Of a DNA stretch of 64,000 bases, positions 1 through 9,285 are shown piece after piece. The notes beneath the pieces were generated by a model that was not told the origin of the DNA, made no database searches, and saw only the letters and a list, made by a program, of their open reading frames with translations. Within the stretch, counting starts at the first letter, position 1, and each line of letters starts with the position of its first letter. The stretch is from Clostridiales bacterium (GTDB lineage: Bacteria > Bacillota > Clostridia > Saccharofermentanales > Saccharofermentanaceae). The DNA lies in NCBI GenBank assembly GCA_017513085.1, contig JAFWDK010000022.1:1-64000 (forward strand), in the 5' to 3' direction. A program made the translations under genes and the position numbers.

Positions 1-2
1 AT

Positions 3-224
3 GACCTCAGTTCAGCATGGCGAATGGTGGATGCGCCGGAACCGCCAAGATCCGATGACGGTTCATGGGTGCATACGATCAACTGCGTATTCGAAGAGCT
101 CGAAGCTCTTGGTTTATCAATACCGGTTCCAAAGCCCGAACAGAAAAAACGTGGCCGACCAAAGAAGGAACCGCAGGTACAAAACCCAAAGCGTCCACGT
201 GGACGTCCGAGGAAAAACTCCTGA
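3..224 (+). CDS. 3' end of a gene starting upstream of the window; C-terminus carries two AT-hook-like motifs
   Basis: Frame of ORF 24..224 is open back to the window start (DLSSAWRMVDAP...). It ends KKRGRPKKE...KRPRGRPRKNS*. A hairpin follows the stop. Confidence 0.6.
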   Translation, partial: DLSSAWRMVDAPEPPRSDDGSWVHTINCVFEELEALGLSIPVPKPEQKKRGRPKKEPQVQNPKRPRGRPRKNS

Positions 225-250
225 TCTGCCGTCATATAGTACGGCAGATT
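225..250 (+). terminator. Hairpin after the AT-hook gene (possible terminator)
   Basis: TCTGCCGT-CATATAGT-ACGGCAGA, perfect 8-bp stem; U-tract weak. Confidence 0.4.
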
Positions 251-280
251 GGGAAAGCTTTAATTAATCTACTGTTAAAG

Positions 281-394
281 ACCAAACTTGCCAAACTTCT
301 ACCAAACTTGCCAAATACTTGGAAACATGTTTTCTGTGAATTAAGCACATGATAGATTGTAGGTAATCACAAAAATGGTTAGGAGGTTTTGTTT
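281..394 (+). promoter_or_regulatory. Cassette-1 promoter: tandem direct-repeat operator, extended -10, RBS
   Basis: ACCAAACTTGCC at 281 and 301 (20-bp period); TG-A-TAGATT with -10 at 353-358; AGGAGG at 381-386. The same architecture recurs at 4506-4620. Confidence 0.75.
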
Positions 395-844
395 ATGAGG
401 AAAATGAAGCGGTTTTTGGCTCTGTTGACGACAATGAGTATTCTGTCGAGCGTCTACATTTCTGTGAGCGCAATGTCGGTTATTTCCAGTACATTCATAG
501 TTAGTGCTGGTGGAAGTGAATATTCGCAACAGACCTGTTTTCAGTCAACGTACCATTCACAATGCTATATGAGAATGCGAAGTTTTAGATTCAACGGATA
601 CAGCACAAACGTTATGCCAAATGGGTGTCATATTGCATCTCGTCTCTATCTAGTCAGTAATGGTGGTAACTACTATCCGGCTACAACTGTTGCAACATTT
701 ACTGCTCCGACCTCTGTAGGGCAATACAACTACAGTTTTCAAGCAGGCTATGGCGGAGCAGGACAAACATTTATAGCGAAGACAAACAGCACGTCCAGTC
801 TTGCTTTCAATGCTGTAATTGAATGGAAGACCGAACCATATTAA
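395..844 (+). CDS. Small Sec-secreted beta-rich protein (cassette 1), paralog of 4621..5097
   Basis: AGGAGG 8 nt before ATG 395; signal peptide ending VSA; shares SAGGSxYS, FRFxGYSxN, KTN and EW motifs with the paralog. Confidence 0.8.
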   Translation: MRKMKRFLALLTTMSILSSVYISVSAMSVISSTFIVSAGGSEYSQQTCFQSTYHSQCYMRMRSFRFNGYSTNVMPNGCHIASRLYLVSNGGNYYPATTVATFTAPTSVGQYNYSFQAGYGGAGQTFIAKTNSTSSLAFNAVIEWKTEPY

Positions 845-904
845 TCCTTTGGAAATTTAGTATATTATATATAAATTGATATTCTTAAGGAGTTATCAAG
901 TTAT

Positions 905-2134
905 ATGAATAGAAACGTGCATAAGGCGCATATTTGTATTTTGTTATCGGTTTTGGTAATGCTGACTTCATGTGGAAAAACAACGCCACATGAAGTCAGT
1001 CATTCTGTGCAATACACGGATATAATCACTTCGCGCGAAAACGAATCAAGTGTGGGTAATGATTCTAGTGAAAGCCAGAAGATCAGCTCGAACGATGAAT
1101 TTGTCCCGGATTTTCGTTTGTCTTTTAAGAAAGACATGTTGGTATTAGATTATGGTAAAACTACTGTAAATCTCTATCATGCAAAGTATCCGCTATACGA
1201 TGGAACCCCTTTCGAAGAAGGCTGGATAGTATCAGGTATGGATGATGTTTGCAAGTGGTGCAAAGGTCAGCCTCTGATATCCAATTTGCAAGGCGATGGT
1301 CATCAAGTTGCTGAATATAGTGTTTTAGATAAAGACCTCGTATTGAATAACATTGCGAGTGTACGAAAAGTTCCTGTTAGTGGTACTGTGGACTATCAGG
1401 AAGCGACTTCAGTTCTTGCATCAGATACTGATACTGAATTGCTGTGCTGGACATATAGCTTAGGCGAGTTTCCATGGAAAAACTATGAAAATGAAGAATG
1501 GTTTCAAGTTCCCTCTGAAATGAAACAGGTGGATTATGTGCTGGTCAATAGTCAGCATGTCGATGGAGTTCCGATCCAGAATCGTCCTTGTGGCGTTTTA
1601 GGAGCGGTATATGAATGGGACGGAGTGATAGAACCATCGCGACAAGCAGCCAATCAAGGCTGTATCATGGTGAATCCAAGCAGAACCTGTATATATGATA
1701 TCGGATATAGTCAGTACTCAATCTCCGAAGCGTTTGAGAAAGATCTGGTAGTTAAGAATCCTTCTGAATGTTTAGGCGGAATAGGCAAAGCTTTATCATA
1801 TGCACCGAATTATGTTTCTCGAACATCTGCAGATAAGACCAAGCAGGATTTGCTTTCTATTAATGGGACAGATGTAGAAGTGTACTGTATGGAACTGTCA
1901 TATGCTGTTATGGATCCAAACCCTGTAGACTATGAAAATCGCCAGTCTCACGAATTGACGTTAGTTCCGGTTTGGAAAGTGTATTATACAGTAACTAACT
2001 CAGATAGAGCCAATCCGGATATTGTATTCTGCGGTGAAGTATTCATCAATGCAGTTACCGGAGAGTCTTTATATTCTGAAACATACGGACCGGAGGAGAA
2101 CGAGTTTTTGTTTCCTGGTGCGAAGGAGATTTAA
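905..2134 (+). CDS. Lipoprotein with C-terminal LVPVW...INAVTG (PepSY/YycI/DUF6034-like) tail
   Basis: 409-aa ORF, lipobox LTSC, Ser-rich linker, VDGVPI and LVPVW/INAVTGESLYS motifs shared with 7446..8738. Confidence 0.75.
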   Translation: MNRNVHKAHICILLSVLVMLTSCGKTTPHEVSHSVQYTDIITSRENESSVGNDSSESQKISSNDEFVPDFRLSFKKDMLVLDYGKTTVNLYHAKYPLYDGTPFEEGWIVSGMDDVCKWCKGQPLISNLQGDGHQVAEYSVLDKDLVLNNIASVRKVPVSGTVDYQEATSVLASDTDTELLCWTYSLGEFPWKNYENEEWFQVPSEMKQVDYVLVNSQHVDGVPIQNRPCGVLGAVYEWDGVIEPSRQAANQGCIMVNPSRTCIYDIGYSQYSISEAFEKDLVVKNPSECLGGIGKALSYAPNYVSRTSADKTKQDLLSINGTDVEVYCMELSYAVMDPNPVDYENRQSHELTLVPVWKVYYTVTNSDRANPDIVFCGEVFINAVTGESLYSETYGPEENEFLFPGAKEI

Positions 2135-4345
2135 ATGAAAGATTGTTCAAGAAATATATTATCTCTTATCCTTCTTGTTGCGATAACCATGAATACTTGT
2201 GGATGTGGGAAAAAGAACAAGTATGAATACACATCAGGCGCGTATACTTTTAGCTCCTTTGATGTTCCTGAAAAAGAAGGATATGAGTCGATTGTAAAGG
2301 ATATAATTAAAGATGGCGAAAATGTCTGCATTCCGGTTGTTTATGTGAAGTTTGATGAGAGTCTGAACGAAACCGTTGACGTTCGAACAGATATTTATAC
2401 TGTAAACCTCAGTGGAGAAGCCATTTATACTTTGGAGGTTATGGGCGCGCAGCCACCTGCAGCGGTACTTAACAATGAGTATGTTTATCTAGGGTACTCA
2501 ACAAGTGATAATCAAGGCTCAGGAACTGCTATCACAAATGACTCCGCTAGAAAAGTAGCTGTTTTCCTAGATAAAAAAACAGGAAATCTTACCAGAGTAA
2601 TACAAAGTGATGATGAGTTTTCTCCCAACTATATTGTTCCTGTTTCTGATGGATTTGTTCTAGTAGGAGAAACAACAATCTGTAAGTACTCTGAATCTGG
2701 TGTGTTGCAGAGTAAGATTGAGACAGGATTCACTTGTTTTAACGATGCTCCGGGCTTTTTTGAAGATAATGGGCGGTATTTTGTAATTGAAGAAATTGAT
2801 CTGGATACTATTGCGTACCATGAGGTCGATTTTGGAAAGGGTATGTGTACCCGAAAATGCGGAAGTAAGGATATTGGAATAGTATATCCTGGAACTGCCT
2901 GCGGTCCGTACTATTTCAATCCAGATGGAGAATACAAAGTTGATCTAGTTAACATGAAGGCTGGCAGTGTTGCTGATTGGAATAGTATTGATATCCGGCC
3001 TCCTAAAACATCGCTAAACACGCCAAGTAAGAGATATGCTTTGGACGACAATTGTTTTGCAATGAGCTACGAGTATTATAATCGTGCCAGATCAAAAGAA
3101 GTGCTGATATATCATTTTGATCCATCCATAGATAGATCTAAGACTAAGACAATTAAAATAGGCGGTTTTGGAGTATACGATGATTTAATGCTTCAGTGGG
3201 TCGTATATGAATTTAATACTTCGAATACTGATTACCGTGTGGTCATGGAGGATTATTCCCAACGATTTGGAGGTGGCGGAAATCTCGATGATACCGTAAA
3301 AGGGAAACTCAATCTGATGAAGTACTTCAACGAAGGAAATTCACCGGACATATTCTACGGAACACAATTTGATTATGAGTATATGGGCCGAAATGGCATG
3401 GTCGTAGATATGTCAGACTATCTGAAAGAGGAGTCAGGTTTTGATGTAGCATTGACAGAAACAGCAAAAAACTTGTTGTTTGATGGGAATGGTGCATGTT
3501 ATCAACTTTTTGCCTCTTATTATTTAAATGGCTATTATGCAAGTCAGGAAGTAGTCAATTCGGTTGGCGATCTATCACTATCCTCACTTTATTCGTATTC
3601 ACAAGAGCACAGTATCACTCTAACTTCTAATCCGGCAGCCAATACGTTTGATGAGGCTATAGAATATGACTTTGCAGATTTGTGGGGTGCTTATGATGGG
3701 GAGAGGAAAATTACCAGAGAAGAACTAGAGAAAATGATTTCGGAAGTGATATCGATTCCCAGTTCCGACAACACTTTGGCTGTGGCAGATGATGTTGAGA
3801 ATGGGCGTGTTTTGGTTTTTCCAAGCATTTGTAGTTGCTACTATGACGAGGAGGATCGAGCCAATTCATACAGCGGTGACTATGTGTTTATTGGATATCC
3901 TTCTGTACATGGTTCCGTTCATCTTGCAGTACCACAGTGCCTGATGGCAATATCCACATCAGCACAAAATAAGGATAAGTGTTGGGAGGTAGTGTCAAAA
4001 CTATTCTCAGAGGTTGTTCAGAATCAAGCTGTTGTTTCGCAATATGTTCCGGTGACAGAAAAGGCATTGAACACTCTGTGTGAATCTATATTGAACCCGA
4101 AAGAAAGCCCAATCGAATCATGGAGAGAGATGTTTGGAAATAGAGGATCGGGAAATCAAGATATATTGGACAAGTTTCTCGAGAACATTGAAACAGCAGA
4201 TACAATAGCTGTGTATGATTGGGGACTGTTTAGCATAATTACAGACGAGCTGAATAGCTACTATTCTCAGAATCGAACACCGTCACAGATAGCTGAGACT
4301 TTAGATAAAAGATTGACTCTCTACATGCAGGAAAACTACCAGTAA
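2135..4345 (+). CDS. Large extracellular solute-binding-protein-like lipoprotein (N-terminal beta-rich region + SBP-type C-terminus)
   Basis: 736 aa, lipobox TCGC; FNxxNxxYRV, PDIFYG, GYPS, KDKCWE and YYSQNR...LYMQE motifs; paralog of 5187..7427 and 36654..39032. Confidence 0.8.
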   Translation: MKDCSRNILSLILLVAITMNTCGCGKKNKYEYTSGAYTFSSFDVPEKEGYESIVKDIIKDGENVCIPVVYVKFDESLNETVDVRTDIYTVNLSGEAIYTLEVMGAQPPAAVLNNEYVYLGYSTSDNQGSGTAITNDSARKVAVFLDKKTGNLTRVIQSDDEFSPNYIVPVSDGFVLVGETTICKYSESGVLQSKIETGFTCFNDAPGFFEDNGRYFVIEEIDLDTIAYHEVDFGKGMCTRKCGSKDIGIVYPGTACGPYYFNPDGEYKVDLVNMKAGSVADWNSIDIRPPKTSLNTPSKRYALDDNCFAMSYEYYNRARSKEVLIYHFDPSIDRSKTKTIKIGGFGVYDDLMLQWVVYEFNTSNTDYRVVMEDYSQRFGGGGNLDDTVKGKLNLMKYFNEGNSPDIFYGTQFDYEYMGRNGMVVDMSDYLKEESGFDVALTETAKNLLFDGNGACYQLFASYYLNGYYASQEVVNSVGDLSLSSLYSYSQEHSITLTSNPAANTFDEAIEYDFADLWGAYDGERKITREELEKMISEVISIPSSDNTLAVADDVENGRVLVFPSICSCYYDEEDRANSYSGDYVFIGYPSVHGSVHLAVPQCLMAISTSAQNKDKCWEVVSKLFSEVVQNQAVVSQYVPVTEKALNTLCESILNPKESPIESWREMFGNRGSGNQDILDKFLENIETADTIAVYDWGLFSIITDELNSYYSQNRTPSQIAETLDKRLTLYMQENYQ

Positions 4346-4505
4346 ATAGCAATTAGTATGGGTTTTGTCAAAAGAAGACTCTTCGAATCCTTCTATGAGA
4401 ATAAAGAAGACGAGCGCAGGACAATTCGTACCAGATCCAACCGTATAGCTACAGAGTGTTGTCCTAGCAAATGAGTGATATACTCGCAGATTTCAACAGT
4501 TTGCA

Positions 4506-4620
4506 ACCGAACTTGCCTATTTTTCACCAAACTTGCCAAATGTGTTGAAACTTGTTTTGTTTGTCTCAATCATGTGCTAGATTGTAGTTAATCACAAATA
4601 GAAATTAGGAGGTAATGTTT
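4506..4620 (+). promoter_or_regulatory. Cassette-2 promoter: tandem direct-repeat operator, extended -10, RBS
   Basis: ACCGAACTTGCC at 4506 and ACCAAACTTGCC at 4526; TG-C-TAGATT with -10 at 4578-4583 (52 bp from the second repeat, as in cassette 1); AGGAGG at 4607-4612. Confidence 0.75.
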
Positions 4621-5097
4621 ATGAGAAAAAGAATGATTAGTGCTATTTGCACATTAGTTGTACTCTTTTCTGTGATGTTGCCGGTTTCTGCGGCGCCAAC
4701 ATCAACTGTAACGAGTGACATTTATTTTTCTGCAGGTGGTTCTGGATATTCGGATACGGCCTATTCTCCGACATACTTATATGTTCCAGGTTCGAATACA
4801 ACATATACGTATTATAACGTTAAGTTGACAGCATTTCGGTTTGACGGCTATTCGCATAACTACAAGCCAGCATATGTTCGGTTCAATTTCCGCCCAGTTA
4901 AAAAGACCTCACATGAATCAGCTGCTGATGTAGCACATATCTTTAATCGATATGATTCGGATTATGGTGAGACATATTCTGGTTGTGCTGTAAGTGGCAA
5001 AAGCCTTGCTATGAAGACTAATACTTCATATTATGAATCTGCTGGATGTGGATTGACGTGTGAATGGTATCTTTACTTGGCGTCACCTGCAAGTTAG
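4621..5097 (+). CDS. Small Sec-secreted beta-rich protein (cassette 2)
   Basis: AGGAGG 8 nt before ATG 4621; signal peptide ending PVSA; motifs shared with 395..844. Confidence 0.8.
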   Translation: MRKRMISAICTLVVLFSVMLPVSAAPTSTVTSDIYFSAGGSGYSDTAYSPTYLYVPGSNTTYTYYNVKLTAFRFDGYSHNYKPAYVRFNFRPVKKTSHESAADVAHIFNRYDSDYGETYSGCAVSGKSLAMKTNTSYYESAGCGLTCEWYLYLASPAS

Positions 5098-5134
5098 TAT
5101 ATGATAAGATGGTGTTTACAAGCGGTGAATGGTG

Positions 5135-5172
5135 GCTGAGGGGTAGCGCAATCGTTACCTCTCAGTTCTTTT
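5135..5172 (+). terminator. Intra-operon stem-loop / attenuating terminator
   Basis: GCTGAGGGGTAGCG-CAAT-CGTTACCTCTCAGT followed by TCTTTT. Confidence 0.6.
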
Positions 5173-5186
5173 GAAGGGACTGCATT

Positions 5187-7427
5187 ATGGTTTCAGCTAA
5201 TACGAATAAAAGAATCATGGCAGCAATAGCGACTATGATTGTTGGCGTTTTCATGTGTGCTTCCTGTCTCTGTGCATGCGGAAAGAAAAAACAAGATAAT
5301 TCTTTAACTCGAGCATCCGGACAATATGGATATAGAGGGACTTATATAGATATTCCTTCAAAAGAAGGGTATTTTCTATTAAGTCTAGGAGATGTTTTCC
5401 TTGATAATGATAGATACTGTTTATCGGCGGTATATAGTCATTATGATGATAATGGTATGATTAGTGATTATATTACAGACATTTTCTCTGTTGATATGAA
5501 TGGTACGATCCAGCACACACTTGAGATTTCACAAACGCAGGCAGTCCGCGCAGTATTCGAGAAAGAATATGCTTTTTTTGCATATTCAAACCAGGACCTG
5601 ATAGCTGTTCAAAATGGCGAGAAGGACCAATCACAACTCAAAGCAGATCTGGTTTTCTTTGACAAAAAGACCGGTGAAACGACCCGAGTCATTCATCCGG
5701 ATTTTAATGCGGATGCAGTATTTGTTATTTCGGAAGGGTTCGTTATTGTTGGAGATCGGAGTATTTCCAAGTATACCTCTGACGGAAAACTGCTATCCAC
5801 GTTGCAAACTGATTTTTCTATGATACCTAGAGAAAGCGTTATTTTCGAAGATTCCGGTTCTGTCTATTTAATGACAAGTAATAATGAGTGGATATATGAT
5901 TATTACAAACTGGATTTTGAGACAGGAAAAGCAACATACATCATCGGATCGGATAGCTTGAGTTCGGATGTTGACACATGTTCAGGACAGTATTTCTTCG
6001 GACAAAAGGGAGAATATAGAGTCGATTTGACCAATATGCAGATTCAACCTATGGCTCTTTGGAATGAAATAGATATTCGACCGAAGAAAATGAGTAATGC
6101 TAAACGAAACTTTATTGCTTTGGATGATACTCACTTTGCGCAGAAGACCATATATATGGACGGAACTGGTGAAATTGGTTTCTTCTCCTATGATAATACG
6201 ATCAGAAATGATTATACGCCTATTGTTGTAGGTGGATACGGAGTATATAACGATGAAATGCTGCAATGGGCGATCTATGAATTCAACGTTAACAATGATA
6301 GGTATAGAGTAGTTTTGGAGGACTATTCTGAAGAGTTTTCATATGGTACGCCACAAGAAGCGCAGATGGCTAATCTTAAGTTGATCAAGTATTTTAATGA
6401 TGGACATTCGCCAGATATCTTCTATGGCGATAGTTTTGATTATGATTACTTCGGCCATGCAGGAATGCTTAAGGACATGACGCCTTTCTTTGAAAAAGAT
6501 GAGTCACTTCTGTTTTCGGATTTCACCCCCGGAATCCAGAGCATATTGATGCCGGATGGAGTGCACTGTTATTCGGTTTTTTCAGGATATTACATGGATG
6601 GTTACTGGGGTCAGAGAAAAGACTTTCAAAGTGATCAAGTCAGTTTGAATGAAATACGAAGCAAATGCCAGACTGGTGACAAACGATTTACTGCAGTACT
6701 CTCAGCTCCATGTATTGCCGGAGAATCTTTAACATACAGGTTTGTCAGTTTATGGGGAGCCTACGGAAAACAGAAATCTATTTCGAGAGAAGACCTTATA
6801 GATTTTGTTAACACTACGATTGAATTAGGAATAGATCCATCAGTTTCCTGGGGAAGTGTATGCGATATGAATGATGTCTATGACGGTATTTGTTATCTGT
6901 CTACCGCAGGGCCTTCGGATATTTTCTCTTGGGACAGGGAGACAAAGAAAGCAGAAAATGGATTAATCTATGTCGGGTATCCGTCAATAAACGGTTCTGT
7001 TCATCTTCTTGTTCCAAGTGGATTAGTTGGTATTTCTTCCTCAACAGAGAATGAAGATAAATGCTGGGAATTCATACGAAAACTGATTCTTCCGGATATC
7101 CAGAAAAAGGTTGTTCAATCCGGGAATATTCCGGTTAGAAATGAAGTTCTTGAAATGATGTATCAAAGCGCTATGGATCCCAATAGTGTTGTTGATGAAG
7201 ATATGCGACGCTTTGTTCTTGGCAAGAGTGCTGTAAGTGCAGAGACGATTGAAGAATACAAAAGAATGATTGATTCGATCGATACTATAAGAACTATGGA
7301 CTGGGGAGTATACAATATTATATGTGAAGAAATAGCATCTTATTATACACAAAACCGTTCTGTGGAACAGATAGCGGATACCTTGGATGCTCGACTTAGC
7401 TTGTACGCTCAGGAAAACTACAGTTAA
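5187..7427 (+). CDS. Large extracellular solute-binding-protein-like lipoprotein
   Basis: 746 aa, lipobox LCAC; collinear similarity to 2135..4345 (WNxIDIRP, GGxGVYxD, PDIFYG, GYPS..GSVHL). Confidence 0.8.
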   Translation: MVSANTNKRIMAAIATMIVGVFMCASCLCACGKKKQDNSLTRASGQYGYRGTYIDIPSKEGYFLLSLGDVFLDNDRYCLSAVYSHYDDNGMISDYITDIFSVDMNGTIQHTLEISQTQAVRAVFEKEYAFFAYSNQDLIAVQNGEKDQSQLKADLVFFDKKTGETTRVIHPDFNADAVFVISEGFVIVGDRSISKYTSDGKLLSTLQTDFSMIPRESVIFEDSGSVYLMTSNNEWIYDYYKLDFETGKATYIIGSDSLSSDVDTCSGQYFFGQKGEYRVDLTNMQIQPMALWNEIDIRPKKMSNAKRNFIALDDTHFAQKTIYMDGTGEIGFFSYDNTIRNDYTPIVVGGYGVYNDEMLQWAIYEFNVNNDRYRVVLEDYSEEFSYGTPQEAQMANLKLIKYFNDGHSPDIFYGDSFDYDYFGHAGMLKDMTPFFEKDESLLFSDFTPGIQSILMPDGVHCYSVFSGYYMDGYWGQRKDFQSDQVSLNEIRSKCQTGDKRFTAVLSAPCIAGESLTYRFVSLWGAYGKQKSISREDLIDFVNTTIELGIDPSVSWGSVCDMNDVYDGICYLSTAGPSDIFSWDRETKKAENGLIYVGYPSINGSVHLLVPSGLVGISSSTENEDKCWEFIRKLILPDIQKKVVQSGNIPVRNEVLEMMYQSAMDPNSVVDEDMRRFVLGKSAVSAETIEEYKRMIDSIDTIRTMDWGVYNIICEEIASYYTQNRSVEQIADTLDARLSLYAQENYS

Positions 7428-7445
7428 TTAAATGAGGAAATCTAT

Positions 7446-8738
7446 ATGAAAGCGAAAAAGAGTATATCTGTTGTATTGGTCTTTTCATTACTATTTGTGA
7501 CGGCATGTCATTCGAGTTCTTCTGTTGAAAACGATGAGCAGTCGAGGCCAAATGATATTACGCCTATTGTTACTAGTATTACGTCAAAAGAATCTGTTGA
7601 TTCCCAACCGGATAAAACATACTCTTTGCCATCTGTAAATCCTTCAAGGATAGAGATTCCCGAGGATTTGGAGAAGTTATTTGCGGACAATTTCATTATT
7701 CTCGATAACAGCAACGGTAAGGCAAATATCTATGAAATTGATGTAACCGCGCCATTTCACTACACAAGAGAATGGGAAGAAAATAACGGTGAAACTTTCC
7801 GCCAAATGTCTTGGTTTGAAGCAGAAAACTGGATAGGAGATGATAACCTTATTTTTGTAAAAGAGTGGTTTTTGGGGAAATCTTTTCAATGCTATCTAAA
7901 TCCTCAGGATGAAGTTCCACAAGAAGATAATCCACAGATCACATATAGGTCTCCGAAGGATACTTTTGCCGATACCACAAAAAGGATGAGGAGCACAACC
8001 ATAAACAGTATTCCTAATTGGAATGAATTACCATTTATTACGGTTAAGGAACCTGTAGACTCACAGATACAAGTGCCTTTCGTTAGTTTGGATGGAACTA
8101 TTTTCCCACGAGAAGCTTGCCTTGAACCAGGAAAACCAACGTATTTCCCGAAAGAATATGATGAGTTGCAATTGATCGGTCTGGTTGACAAGTATATTGA
8201 CGGAATACCGGTTCTGGGTACCTTGAATATGTTTTCAATTCCGACAGGAGTATACGATTACGGAGACATTCTCCAGACAGCAGAGACAATAGGTATAATG
8301 TCTCAACAGACTATTCCATATAGGAACGAAAACATTGTAATTATCTTAACAAGAACGGGAGACTTTTCGATAAAATCTGAAGTGAAAGCAGATTTGCCGA
8401 TCAAGTCGGTGTTTGAATGTAAAGAGGGCATCGAGGATTCCTTAAACTATTTGTTGAATGTTCCACCATATTATTATTCGATTGAAGATGTACATTTCTA
8501 TGCAGCGGAACTGGTCTATCTCCCACTTAGCAACTTTGATGATAAGACGTTGGATTTTCCGGAAGATGGCAAAACATATCTGGTTCCGGTCTGGAATCTC
8601 TATTTTGAGGCAGGACAATACTGTCCGTACTTTTGTGTAACAATCGACGCTATTACAGGACAGTCTCTATATTCGAAAGAGTATTCATTGAATGACCCGA
8701 GACTTGAGCGACCGGATCCGGAGATGAAAGGGACATAA
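7446..8738 (+). CDS. Lipoprotein with C-terminal LVPVW...IDAITG tail
   Basis: 430 aa, lipobox VTAC, IDGIPV and LVPVW/IDAITGQSLYS motifs; paralog of 905..2134. Confidence 0.75.
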   Translation: MKAKKSISVVLVFSLLFVTACHSSSSVENDEQSRPNDITPIVTSITSKESVDSQPDKTYSLPSVNPSRIEIPEDLEKLFADNFIILDNSNGKANIYEIDVTAPFHYTREWEENNGETFRQMSWFEAENWIGDDNLIFVKEWFLGKSFQCYLNPQDEVPQEDNPQITYRSPKDTFADTTKRMRSTTINSIPNWNELPFITVKEPVDSQIQVPFVSLDGTIFPREACLEPGKPTYFPKEYDELQLIGLVDKYIDGIPVLGTLNMFSIPTGVYDYGDILQTAETIGIMSQQTIPYRNENIVIILTRTGDFSIKSEVKADLPIKSVFECKEGIEDSLNYLLNVPPYYYSIEDVHFYAAELVYLPLSNFDDKTLDFPEDGKTYLVPVWNLYFEAGQYCPYFCVTIDAITGQSLYSKEYSLNDPRLERPDPEMKGT

Positions 8739-8821
8739 ATATGTAGAATTGCGACTAAGAACACGTTTGCAGCGCGATAAGAAGATTTTTGCTTGTGAAT
8801 TCAAATAATGATAGAATGATT

Positions 8822-9183
8822 GAAATTACTAATCTTAGTGAGAATAAGGTGCGGTCGGCGGTTGAAAATATGATTGAAATGGGACTGGTAGAAGCACCCG
8901 GCAATGGTAAAAACCGTTCTTATATTTTGGGAAAGAAGATTTATCGTGAGATTAATGAATCTATTTAATATGTGCGCCAGACAGATATTGATAGCATACG
9001 TTATCCTGAGCTAGTGTTGAAGTTGGCCCGTGCTCAGAATGGAATTATCACGAAGCAGGATATATGTGATTTGTTAAAGATAACTCCATCTCAGGCGTAT
9101 TCTTTAATTAAAAACTTCAAAAAGAGAATAAGATATATTTGCTAAACGGCGGAAAATATACGAAATATAAGGTTATTGAATAA
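8822..9183 (+). pseudogene. Decayed C-terminal winged-helix part of an AlbA_2/RecG-C-type ATP-binding regulator
   Basis: Translates EITNLSENKVRSAVENMIEMGLVEAPGNGKNRSYILGKKIY..., with in-frame TAA at 8966-8968, then YVRQTDIDSIRYPELVLKLA...ITKQDICDLL, a frameshift in the A-run near 9110, and KLQKENKI...GKYTKYKVIE*. Confidence 0.6.
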
Positions 9184-9285
9184 AGTTTAACTCGTTTTAA
9201 CTCAATTAAGATGACGAATTAAATACGAGTTAAACGTAAATTTATTACATAATAAGAGTAGTTTATATAGGGGGATTACATTTTT

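Noticed and set aside
1-352. ORFs 1..267 and 65..352
   Set aside because: Alternative frames of the AT-hook-encoding frame; they run into the hairpin and promoter repeats and show no motifs.
4358-4474. 38-codon ORF between the cassettes (MGFVKRR...ECCPSK)
   Set aside because: No RBS and no counterpart before cassette 1; cannot be supported as a peptide gene.
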